A stretch of 64,000 nt of DNA. Source: Camelus dromedarius. Taxonomy: Eukaryota. A program made the translations under genes and the position numbers. The DNA lies in NCBI RefSeq assembly GCF_036321535.1, contig NC_087436.1, positions 117,244,001 through 117,308,000 on the forward strand, read 5' to 3'. The notes below the pieces were generated by a model. That model did not search any database and was not told where the DNA came from. It worked only from the letters and a program-made list of their open reading frames with translations. Positions 13,152 through 25,010 of this stretch are shown piece after piece (position 1 is the stretch's first letter; every line of letters starts with the position of its first letter).

Positions 13152-13227
13152 GACCAAGCTCCCTAGATCCCCTACCTGAGTATCATGTGCATTCTGGCCA
13201 TCATCGCCTCCTTCTGCAGCAGGCCAG
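13152..13227 (+). pseudogene. SLC2A9: SLC2A9 exon (human exon 10 equivalent), 76 bp, with TAG at 13164-13166
   Basis: ctctctcgcag|GAC CAA GCT CCC TAG ATC CCC TAC CTG AGT...AGC AGG CCA G|gtaagg. It aligns to recalled human [26 protein letters not shown]. Confidence 0.93.
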
Positions 13228-14318
13228 GTAAGGCGTCCCTCCTTCCTCACTGGCTGGCCCAGGGACTCACGGCGCCACCAGGGTGGGGTGTCTCAGTACA
13301 GATGACTCCTTGGGGTCCAGGGAGGGGCGAGGGCCACTGAGGATGGAGGGGGAAGAGAGTCCACCTGTTTAAATGCAGCGACTGCCTTCATTTCCATCCC
13401 ACCGATGGATGGGTAACGGGCTCCCCAAAGATGCATAGACAATAGCGTACGACAGCCCAGCAGCTGGGAGCCGCTGCGAGAGCTGTGAGCCGCTGCGAGA
13501 GCTGTGAGCCGGATACACTGGTTTGGGGTGAATCAAAGCTATTCGGTTACAGTCTGTGCCCACAGAGAAGCTCCAGCTTAGTGTGGAAGATACAGGGATG
13601 AGATGATGACGATGTCTGAGACGCAGTGGTCATTGCCTGTGTGCTGTACTTGTGTGTACACGTGTGTACACGCGTCCTGGTGTGTGCCAAGCACTTGATG
13701 TGTGCTCACTACTTTAGGGCTCCTGGTAGCTCAGGAAGAGGCAGAGATGGGCACCTCCTTGCACAGAGCAAGGAGTGATGGACTTGTCGACTCCCAGGTC
13801 CCTCATCACCCACTTACACCTGTGTAGATGTGAAGTCTTCAGAGCCTCAGTTTACCCGGGACCCATCTTCAGTCCCAGCTCTGCCGCTTTCCTAGTAGGA
13901 ACATCCTCTCCTCTCCTGGGGCCTCAGTCTCCTCATCTGTCAAATGGCCAGGGTGGGTGGGACCGAGGGCCCTGCCCTCCCCTGGCTCTGGGTCTGGATC
14001 CCACCGGGGCCCATCACAGGCCAGGGTGGGACCAGGAAGGTGGTTCAGGGAGGTCTGTTGTACAGACCTCTCCGGGAGGGGCTGCCGCGCTGCGTCTCTG
14101 CCCTGGTTCCTATGTTGATGAAAACAACACTAAGTTTCTATGAGAACAAATGGAGCTGAATTTCTCTCTCTCCTTTTGTGCTGCTGATTTTCAGGGGCCA
14201 CCGTGTTTCATGTCCCATCCCTACCTGGGACCACAGAATGTTATAATGAGATGGTGGAATGGGCTGTAGAATGACTGGGGGGAGGCACCAGGCACTCACA
14301 CGTGTGCGCGCATGCACA

Positions 14319-14349
<31 letters not shown>

Positions 14350-14830
14350 TGCGCTGCCATGATGAGACGGCTGGAGGAAGGGGAAGGCACCTTCCAGGCG
14401 GGGTGGCTAATTAACAGGAGGATGAGTTAGGAGCACACGTTGCAGGTGAAGGAGGTTCAAGGAGGGGAGGTGTTCAGCCCCACGCAGCCTCCACGTGTCC
14501 CCCCACCATGGGCAGCATTCACAGCGGTGCCCCTGGAGCTGGGCGGCCAGTGGCTCTGGGCGAGGCCTGGGGACACTGGGGTGCAGACCCAGAGGGGCAG
14601 TCTCTGTGCTCACAGGGTTTCTAGGCTGAGATGACACCTGCCCAGTGAGATACACGGGCACACACACACCACTGGACACAAACACTCACAGACACACAGG
14701 TATGCACACCACACCCGTGCACCCACATGCCCTACATGCACGCATACTCTCCGTCACATCATCCCGGTTCACTTCCTTCCCAGCATCTTTCCTGGTCTCG
14801 TCAGCTCACGGTCTGCTCATTTGTTTAACA

Positions 14831-15040
14831 CAGGGATTGACAGACTGTTTTCTGTAAAGGGCACAATAGTAAATATTTTACAGGCCACGCAGCCTCAGTC
14901 GCAACGATGCAGCTCTGCAGTGCAAGTGCAGCCCCAGGCAGTGCAGAGGAAGGGTACATGGCTGTGTCCCAATAAAACTTTATTCACATGAGCAGGTGGA
15001 GGGCCAGATGTGGCCTGTGGGTGGTGGTCCGCGGAGGCCG
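14831..15040. mobile_element. MER58A-like hAT-Charlie MITE
   Basis: cagggattgacagactgttttctgtaaagggc...atagtaaatatttta...ccaataaaactttatt...gggccagatgtggcc. Confidence 0.7.
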
Positions 15041-15780
15041 GGTTTCATGTGTCTCCCCCCGACTAGAATATAAGCCCCACGAAAGGACCTTGTATGTGGT
15101 TCCTTATCTTCCCCTGAGAACCTAGCAAGTATTCCAGACACGTTAAGGAATGGGTGACAGAAGTGAGTAAGGAGCCAGGAAGGAGGGATGTAGGCTTTGG
15201 GAGCAGGTGTGACAGTGGCTTTCTAGCTGGCGGAGGCCACAGGCCCCCAGTTCTGCCATATCCCTGAAGTTCCTTAGGAAGAGGCAGCTGGGTTTCATGA
15301 TGTCAGTGGAAATATGGAGGAGGCATTAGCCAACTGCATGTACTAAAAGGATTAGCTAAGCTGATACCAAAATTCTTTATTAGAGAAAGAACAGACGTAG
15401 GTTTAATTCTATTCAAATCAATTACACAAGCATTTATTGAGCACCTGCTCTGTGCTAAACTGGGGGTGGAGGCAAAGATAAAATAGAACTAGATTTTTAA
15501 ATCTCGAAGTCCAAACTGAAGAGTATGTACTGTTGTTGGAAACGTCCAATCACTTTCTCATCTCTGCAACAAATAGACGGCACACCTGCTATACGGCCGA
15601 ACAACACCTTAACCGCAGACAAAAAGAATGGTCTCATTGCTTTTAACCCAGCCTTACTAACTTAAAAAACGGTCCTGAGGTCACTGACTTAGCAAAATGA
15701 TCCTTAATAATGCATTCTTGAGCAGTGCACTTCAACTGCCTGACGGATCGGGTCGGAATTCTGAGTCATGTTAACATCGG

Positions 15781-16150
15781 TGTATTGGTCAGCATAATGC
15801 TAGCTGCCTAACAAATAGGTCCCCAATGGCCACAGCTCCCACAGTAAAACTCACCTCCTCATCCGTGTAACCATCCACAGCCAGTGTCCCTTTTAGGTGG
15901 GTGGCTTGGACCCAGGCTCCGTCGGTGCTGTGGCTCTACCAGTCCTGGGGATGCACTGTCCGTTGCATCCAGTAGGCAGGAGAGGGAAATGCATGTGGAG
16001 GAAGCTTCTTAAGAGCCTTGACCCAGAGTAACCCCATCTCTTCCATTCATATTCTAGTGGTGAGGACAAGTCACAGGGCCAGACTTAGAGGCATAGGGGC
16101 TGGGAAATGGAGGCCCTGCTGAGCAGCTGCTCACCAGCAAGAGCTTTGTG
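15781..16150 (-). mobile_element. Old MLT1 (J/K-like) LTR fragment
   Basis: tgtattggtcagcataatgctagctgc...aacaaa...agtcacagggcc...ggggctgggaaatg. Confidence 0.5.
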
Positions 16151-16840
16151 CTGTGAAAGGTGCATCACAGATAATTCGGGCAGCCAGGAATCTCTGCTGT
16201 GAGCATGGCCTGTACCTGAAACACCAGTTCCCCCAAAGTGCCAGTTCTGGCCTGAGACCTAGAAGGACTTGTGGGTGCTCATAATGACCAGAGAGCTCAG
16301 AAGGGCCCAGGACAGGCGCTGTCACTGCTGGGCTGTTCTAAGAGGGAGGCAGGGCAGGTTACCACAAGTGATTTGGTTAAACCCAGAGGCAGTGACTAGG
16401 GTCCTCTCTGGCCCCATCCTGCCCTTTGCCCTGCCCTTGCCACACCGGTAATGGCGTTCGGGCATTAACCTTTCTTGGTTGTGCCCGTGCTGGGTGCCTT
16501 ACACATCACCCCTACTCTGCACATTAGTCTTGAAACTAGAATTAACCACCCTCATTGACAAATGAGGAAACTGAAGGCCAGAGAGGTTACAAAGTCCCCA
16601 ACATAAAACTGCTGGTAAGTGTTGGAGTCAAGATTTGAACCCAGATTCTTTAAAACCCTGTGCTTTTTTACCCATTGCAGAGGATGAGAATTCACATCCA
16701 TGCACAGCTCTGAATTTTTTCAACACATTCCCCCTGGCCCCTGATCTAGTCTTCACACCAGTTTCTGATAATAACAGTTATTGAGCACTTCCTATGTACC
16801 AGGCCGTGTTCCAAGTGCTTTAATTCTTGTAAAAATAACT

Positions 16841-17377
16841 ACATGAACACACCCCAGAGTCCAGTTGTCAAAATAAAATCACAATAAGCAGACACGTTTT
16901 CGGAATCAAACTTTACTGATAATTCTCAGGACACCACTCATGTTAAAGCACAGGTGAAGTCTAAAACCATCAGTGCAACTCCCCAGATTCTTCCCTGCAC
17001 ATTAGAGGGCCTTCCGGTCCAGGTTAAACTTATAAGGCCTCTAAATAAAACATGCAGGGAATACACTTATACACAGGAACTATTTTACTCATAAAGCATC
17101 TTCATTTCATACTTGGATAATTACACAGCTGACACTGGCATTTTCCAGTGGACTGTCCCTGTAGCTACACATTCCATTCTAAATAGACCAGGGATAGCCT
17201 ACTAAGAAGCATTTTGCACATAAGGACTCTCTCTTATCTTTCTGCCAGAAAATACCATTACAAGGATGGTTTAGCAAGCTTACGAACAGAATGGACCGGG
17301 TTATTTTTTTTTCCTCCCTCCCTATCCCAGGTGATAAAAGATGCATTATAGGTAAGCTGTGATAGCTTTCCTTCCCA
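16841..17377 (-). mobile_element. About 540-bp old solo-LTR-like insertion splitting a MIR
   Basis: The MIR halves (ttgagcacttcctatgtaccagg at ~16780; attcccattttataaatga...aagtaattt at ~17388) are separated by this block. It is flanked by AACT on both sides, and the minus strand begins TGGGAAG and has AGTAAA near its end. Confidence 0.4.
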
Positions 17378-18182
17378 AACTAATTTTATTCCCATTTTAT
17401 AAATGAAAAAACCCAAAGAACACATTAAGTAATTTTCCCCAAATCACGCAGCTAAGAGGCAAGGGCTGGATTTGAACCTACACCATCTTAGCCTGCCGTC
17501 TTCACTCTGATCTGTGCACATGGTCAAAACTCATTGGCTGTTTGCTAAAAGGTGGTGCAATTAGCCCCTTTTGAATTGACCTGCAGGGCCGACACAGAGA
17601 ATTGAGGTTAAGAGGGGAAGCTTCTGTCTTTATCTGCTTAGGCTGCGTCTACTCTGGGTCAATGTGAATCAGTCCTGTGTGTGTCTACACAGAAAGGTAG
17701 AATTCTGCCATTCGTGTCTAGTTGTCAGATCTCCAGGGCTGAAGGTCAATTTAGAGCAGTTTGATTTTCATGGTTTCCAGCTGTTCCTGCTTCAGATACT
17801 ATCTGCACACCGAGGTCAGGATGGGTCCTTCTTCGTCTCTTAAACTCAGATACTTTCTAAATCATAGCACTCGGTATTGACGCAAAGGCTGAGCTGACAC
17901 GCACGGAGCTTCACAATGAACTGGGGCAGAGCAGCACATGGGAACAATTTCAAAGCTGGTGGGGGACATCCGAGACCCTTTGGCAGATGAGGAATTATGC
18001 CCGGGAGCTGGGACGAATTAGAACTAAGACATCCCAAGTTCATAAAAGAACAGAAAGGTTTTCAGTCCAGTTATTCATTGGACACTTAAGTCTCATCGAA
18101 GATTTCCCTGCCAGGAAGTCCTCCAACCATGACTTGATTGCTTCCATTGATGGGGAACTCACTAGCTGACAAAAAGTCCAAC

Positions 18183-18372
18183 ATCAGCGAACTAGGGCCT
18201 GTAAGCCAATTCTGGCCCATGGCCTTTCATGTATGACCCACGAGCAACGAATGGCTTTTACAATTTAAAAGGAAAACAGGAAGAATGTGTGACAGAGACC
18301 AGACATGGTGGCCAAAAATAACCCTGATCTATTTCCTTTCTGAGCTTTTTCAGAAAAAGTTCGCCACCCTCT
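18183..18372. mobile_element. MER58-like hAT MITE
   Basis: tcagcgaactagggcctgtaagccaattctggccc...aatggcttttacaattt...cagaaaaagttcgccaccc. Confidence 0.55.
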
Positions 18373-18532
18373 CTAGAGTCCCTCCATTCTGACATTTGGA
18401 AGAAGGAGAGTGAGCTAGTTTAAGAGGGAAAGAAAGATGAATTTCCACACAGCAGGACCAGCCAGCAAAAATGCCAGAATGTAAAAGGAAGTTAATGGCA
18501 AAGGAAACACCAGTGACCCAGCTGGACCAGAG

Positions 18533-18697
18533 CAGTGGTCCCCAAACAGTGCTGAATCACCTGGGGAGCTTCTAAAAGTCCGAATGCCCGGGCTGCCTCC
18601 ACAGCCAACCAAACCCTGGTCTCGGGGTGGGACCTGGTCCCACAGTTTCTAACACTCACGCGTGATTCCAGCCTGCAGCCAAATTTGGGAATCCCTG
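18533..18697. mobile_element. MER5-like hAT MITE
   Basis: cagtggtccccaaac...gaatcacctggggagctt...tttgggaatccctg, with degenerate terminal inverted repeats. Confidence 0.65.
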
Positions 18698-19280
18698 GGC
18701 TAGAGCCTTGTTTTTCAGCCTTGGCTGAACACTTTACAATCCCCCAGGTGGCTTAGAGACTGACAGTGAACGCTGATTCAGGCCTCAGCAGACGCCAGCT
18801 CAATGGCACCTCTGGGGTGGCGCCGGCGAGCTCGGGTGGGACACGGCACAGAGGACGAGTCTGGAGCCAGTCCAGGGAGCCTGGGGCATCACACTAAGAT
18901 TCGCGATTTTATCCTGAGCTCCAGAGAGGTCTGCTGGGGGAAATCTTAAGCATGAACTTCACGGGGCAGATTTGCAGTGAGAAGAGTGGATCTGGGAAGC
19001 GGATGGGAGGGTACAAACCAGTTACACAAAGAATGCAAATTGGGCTCATCCACAAACCCACCAGAAGTGCTTCCCTGACCAAAACCACAAAGCTCTGCCT
19101 TCTGTGCTTTTCCTCAAACCCTCACTCTCCTCGTGATGATCTTGTTTCCCTCCCGGTGTTTGCAAGCGCTGCTGTCTCATAACCACGCTGTGTGCTGAGT
19201 GCCTGGCACTTCAGACCCAGCTCTCCATCAGTGTCTGAGAGGGTCCCCAAGGGAGGTCCACCTGGCCCCCAGGCTCAGAT

Positions 19281-19906
19281 TATTGCCGTGGACTCGGTTC
19301 TTGTCTTGCTGCAGAAAGAATTCAGAGACGAGAAGAGGAGGTTAAAGTAAAGTGAAGATTTATTAAAGGGTAGACAGTACACTCTCAAGGAGAGAGCGGG
19401 CGGGTTCAGGTGAGCATCTGCCCTGAGTTTCTTTGGCGAGTTGGTTACTTAGGGTGTGAAAATGAATGGGTGGGATAGTCATTGGGGAGGAAAGGGTCTG
19501 GGGTCATATTCCCTGATTTTCATCCTAACTCCACCTTCCCGAAGGGGTTTGTTATTTAGTCTGGATCTGAAGTGTCTTGGTGTCGGTGCATGATGGGTAC
19601 TTCCAATCTGCAAGGCTAATTTTATTGAAATGAAGGCATAATGAGCAAAAGGTTACTTCGGACACTGGAGATTCTTGCCCTTTCCACCTTTCTTTGTCGG
19701 CCTCCAGGGCACTTGTCACTCCAAAATGTGTGACCACTTATCAGCCCAGAGGTTCCTGCTTTTCTTTCTCTGCCCAGCGACCCCTGTTTTTACATGATAA
19801 AGGGTTTCCTGCATTAAGCCCGTGCCCCTCCTTTCTACCCAGTTCCTGCCATTTGGCCTTTGTCCTCCTTTCTTTGCTTATATCTAGCTGTCTGCCTGCT
19901 CTAACA
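19281..19906 (-). mobile_element. ERV1-type solo LTR
   Basis: Begins TATTGCC (TG degenerate) and ends CTAACA. It shares 'ggttcttgtc...gaaagaattca...tttatt' with the LTRs at 36040 and 50438. Flanks are AGAT/AAAT (imperfect 4-bp TSD). Confidence 0.7.
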
Positions 19907-21264
19907 AAATCAGCTGTCCGTCCTTACCCTCTGCTCCCCAAACCCCCTGTGTTCACCCCGCAGCTGGGCCCCGCCCCCTCCAGCTACTGTGGCCATGAGA
20001 TCAACCAGGGCTTAGAAGCTTCGCTTGGACTCACACTGACGGCACACAGCTTAAGCCCCCAGGACAATGACCTGTCCGAGGGGAGCTGCCATTTGGGTTG
20101 TGAGAGCACCTTGCATCTTCCTAAGTGGACAGGAAGGAGCAGATCCCAAGAGGAGCCACCCTAGGAGACTGGCTGGGAGACACTAGGAGATAAATGGCCG
20201 AGGGTTTCCTGGTGGGGGCCGCCCCTCCAGGATTGAATGAAAAGGCTCAACCTCCCAGGAGAGAAGCTTTAAGTTAGCCTGAGGCAGCTTCTGTGGCGAG
20301 CAGATCAACTCAAGGAGACTTGACAGGGAGCTGGAATTAGGTGAAGGCAAAGAAAGAAAACCAGAAAGGCAGTTTCCTGCCACATATTTTATTCGTGGGC
20401 ATAACCCCCAGGCAGTGGCGGAGAAGCCTAATGAATGAGGCAGATGAAAGAACTTAAATTCAAGGGAAAGGAGATTGTCCCGAAGCCTGTCAGTTACAGT
20501 CTGAAAAAGCTTATGACGGCTGACTCTGTGCCCGGCACGAAGTTAAGCCCTGTAAGCACAGTTTACGAGTGGCTGGGAAGGACGGACGCACCCTGGTCCA
20601 CGCAACAGGGTGGAGTTTGATCTCAGCTCTTATGAAGGTGCACACTGGGATCTGAACGCTCCAGGGGCTCGCGCAGTACTGAGGGAGGAGATGCCAAGTG
20701 CCCAGGGAGCAGAACGGGACACCTCTATCTGTCACATGGACTTATCTGGAAAGACTGCCCACATGTACTGACCTCTGCGGGGACCATCAGGATCTCTGCC
20801 CTGCCTGCCCCTCTTGCCCACCCCGACCCTCTCCCCACACCACACATTCTCCCTGCTTCCCGGCCACACGGAGGTGCCTGCAGCTGCCCCACTGGCCACC
20901 CATGCTTGCAGAAGTCCAGCCTTTGCACATCTGTTCCCCCACCTTATCCATTTGAGGAATGGCTTCTCAGCTTTAAAAAGTCAGCGCACACTGACCCTTG
21001 AACCTTTCTTAGAACCAGACAGCCCCTCCTCCGTGCTCCCTCCGCCCCGAGATTTGCTGCTGGTCTCATTCTCTTCACCCCGTACTGCAGAGGCCGTGGC
21101 TGCTCAGTCCCATCTAACATCGGGGGTGTTGCAAAAGCAGGGACCTCGTCTCCATCCCTTCTGTGCTCCAGGCACCAGACACAGAGCCTGGCAACTGGCT
21201 AGCACTCAGGAAGTGATTGTATTTCTCACGTATTTATTCGACACTCACTCAGAAAGTCCCTACG

Positions 21265-22040
21265 GTGTGACGTGTGGTGTTTTCTGTGTTATTTTTCCCC
21301 ACGCCAATTCTCCACGTCTCTCACACCAGCTGGGCGTCCAGCCATTCGATTCAGTCCTCACGCTATCTGCCCAGAGCGAGCACAGACCCTCAAGACCAGG
21401 GCTCAGTCCCGCAGGACTCCCCGGCTTCGCACGCCAGCTGCAGCCGGGGTCCCCGGGTGACCGCATCTCCTCCTGACTGACTGCAGCGCAGGGCTTCCCA
21501 AGACCCGCCCCCTCGGGTTCAGTGCTTTGCTAGAATGCCTCCCAGAACTCTGGAACATGCTCTACCTACGACTACAGCTTATATAAAGGACACAACTCAG
21601 GAAATGGGAGAGACGCCCAGGGCGAGGTACTGGGAGTGAGTGTGGAGCTTCCGGGCCCCGTCCCGGGCCCCCACCTTCCCAGCCCCTAGCAGTGCTCACC
21701 AGCTTGCAAGCACCCCGACTCCATGTAGGAACTTCTGCAGAGGTTTCATCACACAGGCATGATCGACTCAGCCACTGGCCAGAGGGGACTGAACTCTGCC
21801 TCTGTGGAGGTAGGAGGGTTGAGCTGAAATCTCCAGCCTTGTCAGCAAGGCCAGCTTCTCCTTGGAAACTGTCTAAGGGCCACGTGAGTCACCTTCTCAG
21901 CATAAACTCTGGCGTGGTGTTAGGGGCTCCGTAGGAACAAGGAGACGCTCCTATCACTCAGGAACTTCCAAGGGTTTGAGGCACTCCATGCCCTCTGCCA
22001 GGAACCAGGGAGAGAGACCAAATGTGTATTCTTATTGTAG
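21265..22040. mobile_element. MER21-like LTR
   Basis: ccaattctcc...caccagctgggcgtcc...attcagtcctcacgcta...gggctcagtccc...ctcctatcactcaggaacttccaagggttt...ccaggaaccaggg...agaccaaat. Confidence 0.7.
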
Positions 22041-22669
22041 TTCCTTGCCAGGCTCTGGGCCAGGATTGGAGATAACAGAGAGCCAGACAGACGGTGTCCC
22101 CGCCCCCGCGGACATGCCTGAAGCATAAAAGAGCAGCAGGGGCCGCCACCCATGCAAGCCTGAACAGGCACAGGATAGACTAATTTTAACTGCAATTAAT
22201 TTCTCCCTAATAAGAGAAATTATATACTAAGAAATGATTGGGCCAGGTAAGACTGAGCTTTGAAGCACCACAAACCACTGTCATAGTTAAGATGTTCTGT
22301 CACCAGACCCACCCCCAAGAACTAATTTTCATCCCAGTTGAGAATAATGTAGATAAAGACATAAGTTCGTTAAGTTAGTACAAGGGGTTCCTTCGTCCCA
22401 GGAGGGCAAACAGGAATAAGAAACGTCCCAACTAGGAGCTCAGAGCCCAGGATTAGAGGCAGTTTCTAAGCAAAGAAAAAGAGGACGTAATCTATCATCA
22501 TCGGGGAAGGAGTCTGGGTGAGAAGTTGAGGCTCAGAGAGGTTAAGTGTTTACCAAGAGTCACACAGCTGATGAGCAGGGGAGCTAAGATTCCAGTTCAG
22601 GTTAGTGTGACTCCAAAGCCTGAGTTCTTAAGATCTACAACAGGCTACCAAGATAAGGCAGAGTTAGAA

Positions 22670-23000
22670 TCCAGGCTTCTTTTATACTAAAAGCAGAAGG
22701 AGTAAAATCAAACATTTCCTGGTTCCCATCAGCCTCCAGAGGGGATGTTAATTCCTTCCTTCCTGCGGTCAGTCACAGGTGGGCCTGCTCAGGGTGTTTC
22801 CTGTGAGCTACACAAAGGTATTTTAGCTTAATGCTCATTACCTGGGAGCCAGGGTTCCCAGAGATGGGCCATTATGTATAAGTTTAGCTCATAGGCAACA
22901 TCCCTTTAGGGATGAACTTGTAGCAAAAGCAATAGAAGACAAAGGTTAGAGTAAAAGAAACAAATCCAACATGGAGTCAGATTTGTTCTCCCCGATTACA
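22670..23000 (-). mobile_element. Partial ERV1-type LTR
   Basis: The minus strand begins TGTAATCGGGGAGAACAAATCTGACTCCATGTTGG, an LTR-type start resembling artiodactyl ERV1 LTRs. It has a TATA-like ttttata near 22680. Confidence 0.55.
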
Positions 23001-24562
23001 AGGGTCCCCGCTGAGAATGTATGACACACTCCACCGGGGTAATTTGAAGAGAGTTTGATGAGAAGACAAATTGCAATGGTGAAGGCAGACTACTGGGAAA
23101 TGTCAAAGACCTTAATTAATTTGAATGTCTCAGCATACGACCCAAACATCGTCCCTCCGCCAACTGGCCATGTAGGAGGCAAAGCCATTACTGAAAGTCA
23201 ATTCATCAAAAGTCAACTCCCTGAATGGTCAGATGGCTGAAAGCCAAGTCACAGAGAAAAATAATTTGCTGAATTTATCTTATCTCTTTTAACTCATCTA
23301 TCAAGAATGTACAGAATTCGGTGTGGAATAGAATGGTTTTAACGCCTTTAATTGATTTCTGTCTTATGCTTCATTTTGCCTGCATAGGTGAATTTTGAAC
23401 ATTTTCCCTCTGTTTTTAAATTTAATTCCCTGTTGTTACAGCTGAAGGCTACTGGGGCAAGAGGAAACACAGCTGAGCAGCATAAAATATATCGGTACCC
23501 ACGGTAAGAACAGTTGTCTTCCTTCCTCTCGGAATCCGTTTCGTTGCAGAGACTCATACACACAAGCAACAGGGTTTTGGGATAGCAAGAGATGCATCGA
23601 CACATTTATCTTAATTTATTAGATTCCTGTGTTTGGGAAGCAAGAGTTTGGAGAACAAAGGTGCAGAGAGCAAGGGATCCCCACACAGCCGTAGACGGGG
23701 TTTCTCTTTTTACCTTATTCTTACTCTTATTCACAAATGGATTTTACATTGTTGTCTTTTGGTGAAATGACCTTGAGCCGACCATGTGCCCTTCATCAGT
23801 CACTTTTCCGAGCCCTAATTCTTGGCCAGAACGAGGAGACACCAGACCCGCATGCCCCAGGTGAGCCCCGTGCCCCAGGTAACCCCCAGGGGGGCTGTGA
23901 GGCTCAAGAAAGAGGATGCTTAGTGGATGCTCTTGGAATCTCACCAGAACTTTAACAAAATCTGCATCGATCTTGGCAAGTCCTTGTTCCTTTCTGGGTC
24001 TTGGGTTCCCCATCAATGAAATGGGCTGAACCAGATTTAGGGGTTCTGCAGCTGGATAGCTGTGCTTCAGAACCTTCTTCTATGGTCAGGTGGCCCACCC
24101 GCCCCCCATCCAGGCCACTGGGTAGGCAACAGGAATGGCATTTTAACATGTTTTCTGGAAGATCCCTGAGCATCCAGTCCAGCCCAAACCACTTTCCTGT
24201 TCGTGGAAGTTTCCAGGGTTAAGGACCAACTCTGGCTGCCTGGAGACCCACACCCAGGTGAACTGGCCAAACTGTGCACTGGCCACTCACTTCTCCCATA
24301 CAGACCCTCAGGGCAATAGTAAAGGTCGTACGACAATGGTGACAGTGTGAACAATCGTGTGTTTAGCCAGCATTCCGGGTTCTGTGCTGAGTATTTCTCC
24401 CCAGCAGTCTCACCCAGCCCTCACACCAGCGTGCTGGGCAGAACGTCTTGTTCCTACTTTGACCACGAGGAGGCTGAGACTCCAAGTGGTTATGACTCTT
24501 ATGGGTCACGTGTGCAGGTGCCCTGGCATCAGAGGGCTGGCGATGTTTGTGCTCTTTACTCC

Positions 24563-25010
24563 TGTAGTGGGGGGGAATATTGACCCCCTAAGACTCACGT
24601 CCATTCAGGATCTCAGAATGTGACCTTGTTTAGAAATAAGGTCTTTGCCAATGTCATTGGTTATGGGTCTCAAGAGGAAATCACCCTAGATTCAGGGTGG
24701 GCCTCAAATCCAATGACTAGTGTCCTTATAAGACATGGAGAGGACACAGAAAGACACACAGAGGGCAAGGTGAAGATGGCAGAGGTTGGGGTGATGTGGC
24801 TACCATCCAAAGAACACCATGGTTGGCCGGCGACACTGCAAGTTAAGAGGCACAGGATGGTTCCTCCCTCACAGAATCCAGAGAAAACCAAGCCTGCCAA
24901 CACCTCGATTTCAGATGTCTAGACTCCAGACCTGAGAGAGAATAAATATCTACTGTGTTAAGTCACCAGGTTTATGATGATTTGTTAGAGCAGGCACAGG
25001 AAACTAATAG
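24563..25010 (+). mobile_element. MLT1-family (MLT1C-like) solo LTR
   Basis: tgtagtggg...gaatgtgaccttgtttagaaataaggtctttgc...aatccaatgact...aataaat...caggaaactaata. Confidence 0.78.

Noticed and set aside
20814..21476. 220-aa ORF, and similar long ORFs at 4768-5331, 31882-32490, 36718-37272 and 57883-58581
   Set aside because: They have no recognisable domains, several overlap L2/MER21/MIR relics, and ORFs of this length are expected in GC-rich intronic DNA.
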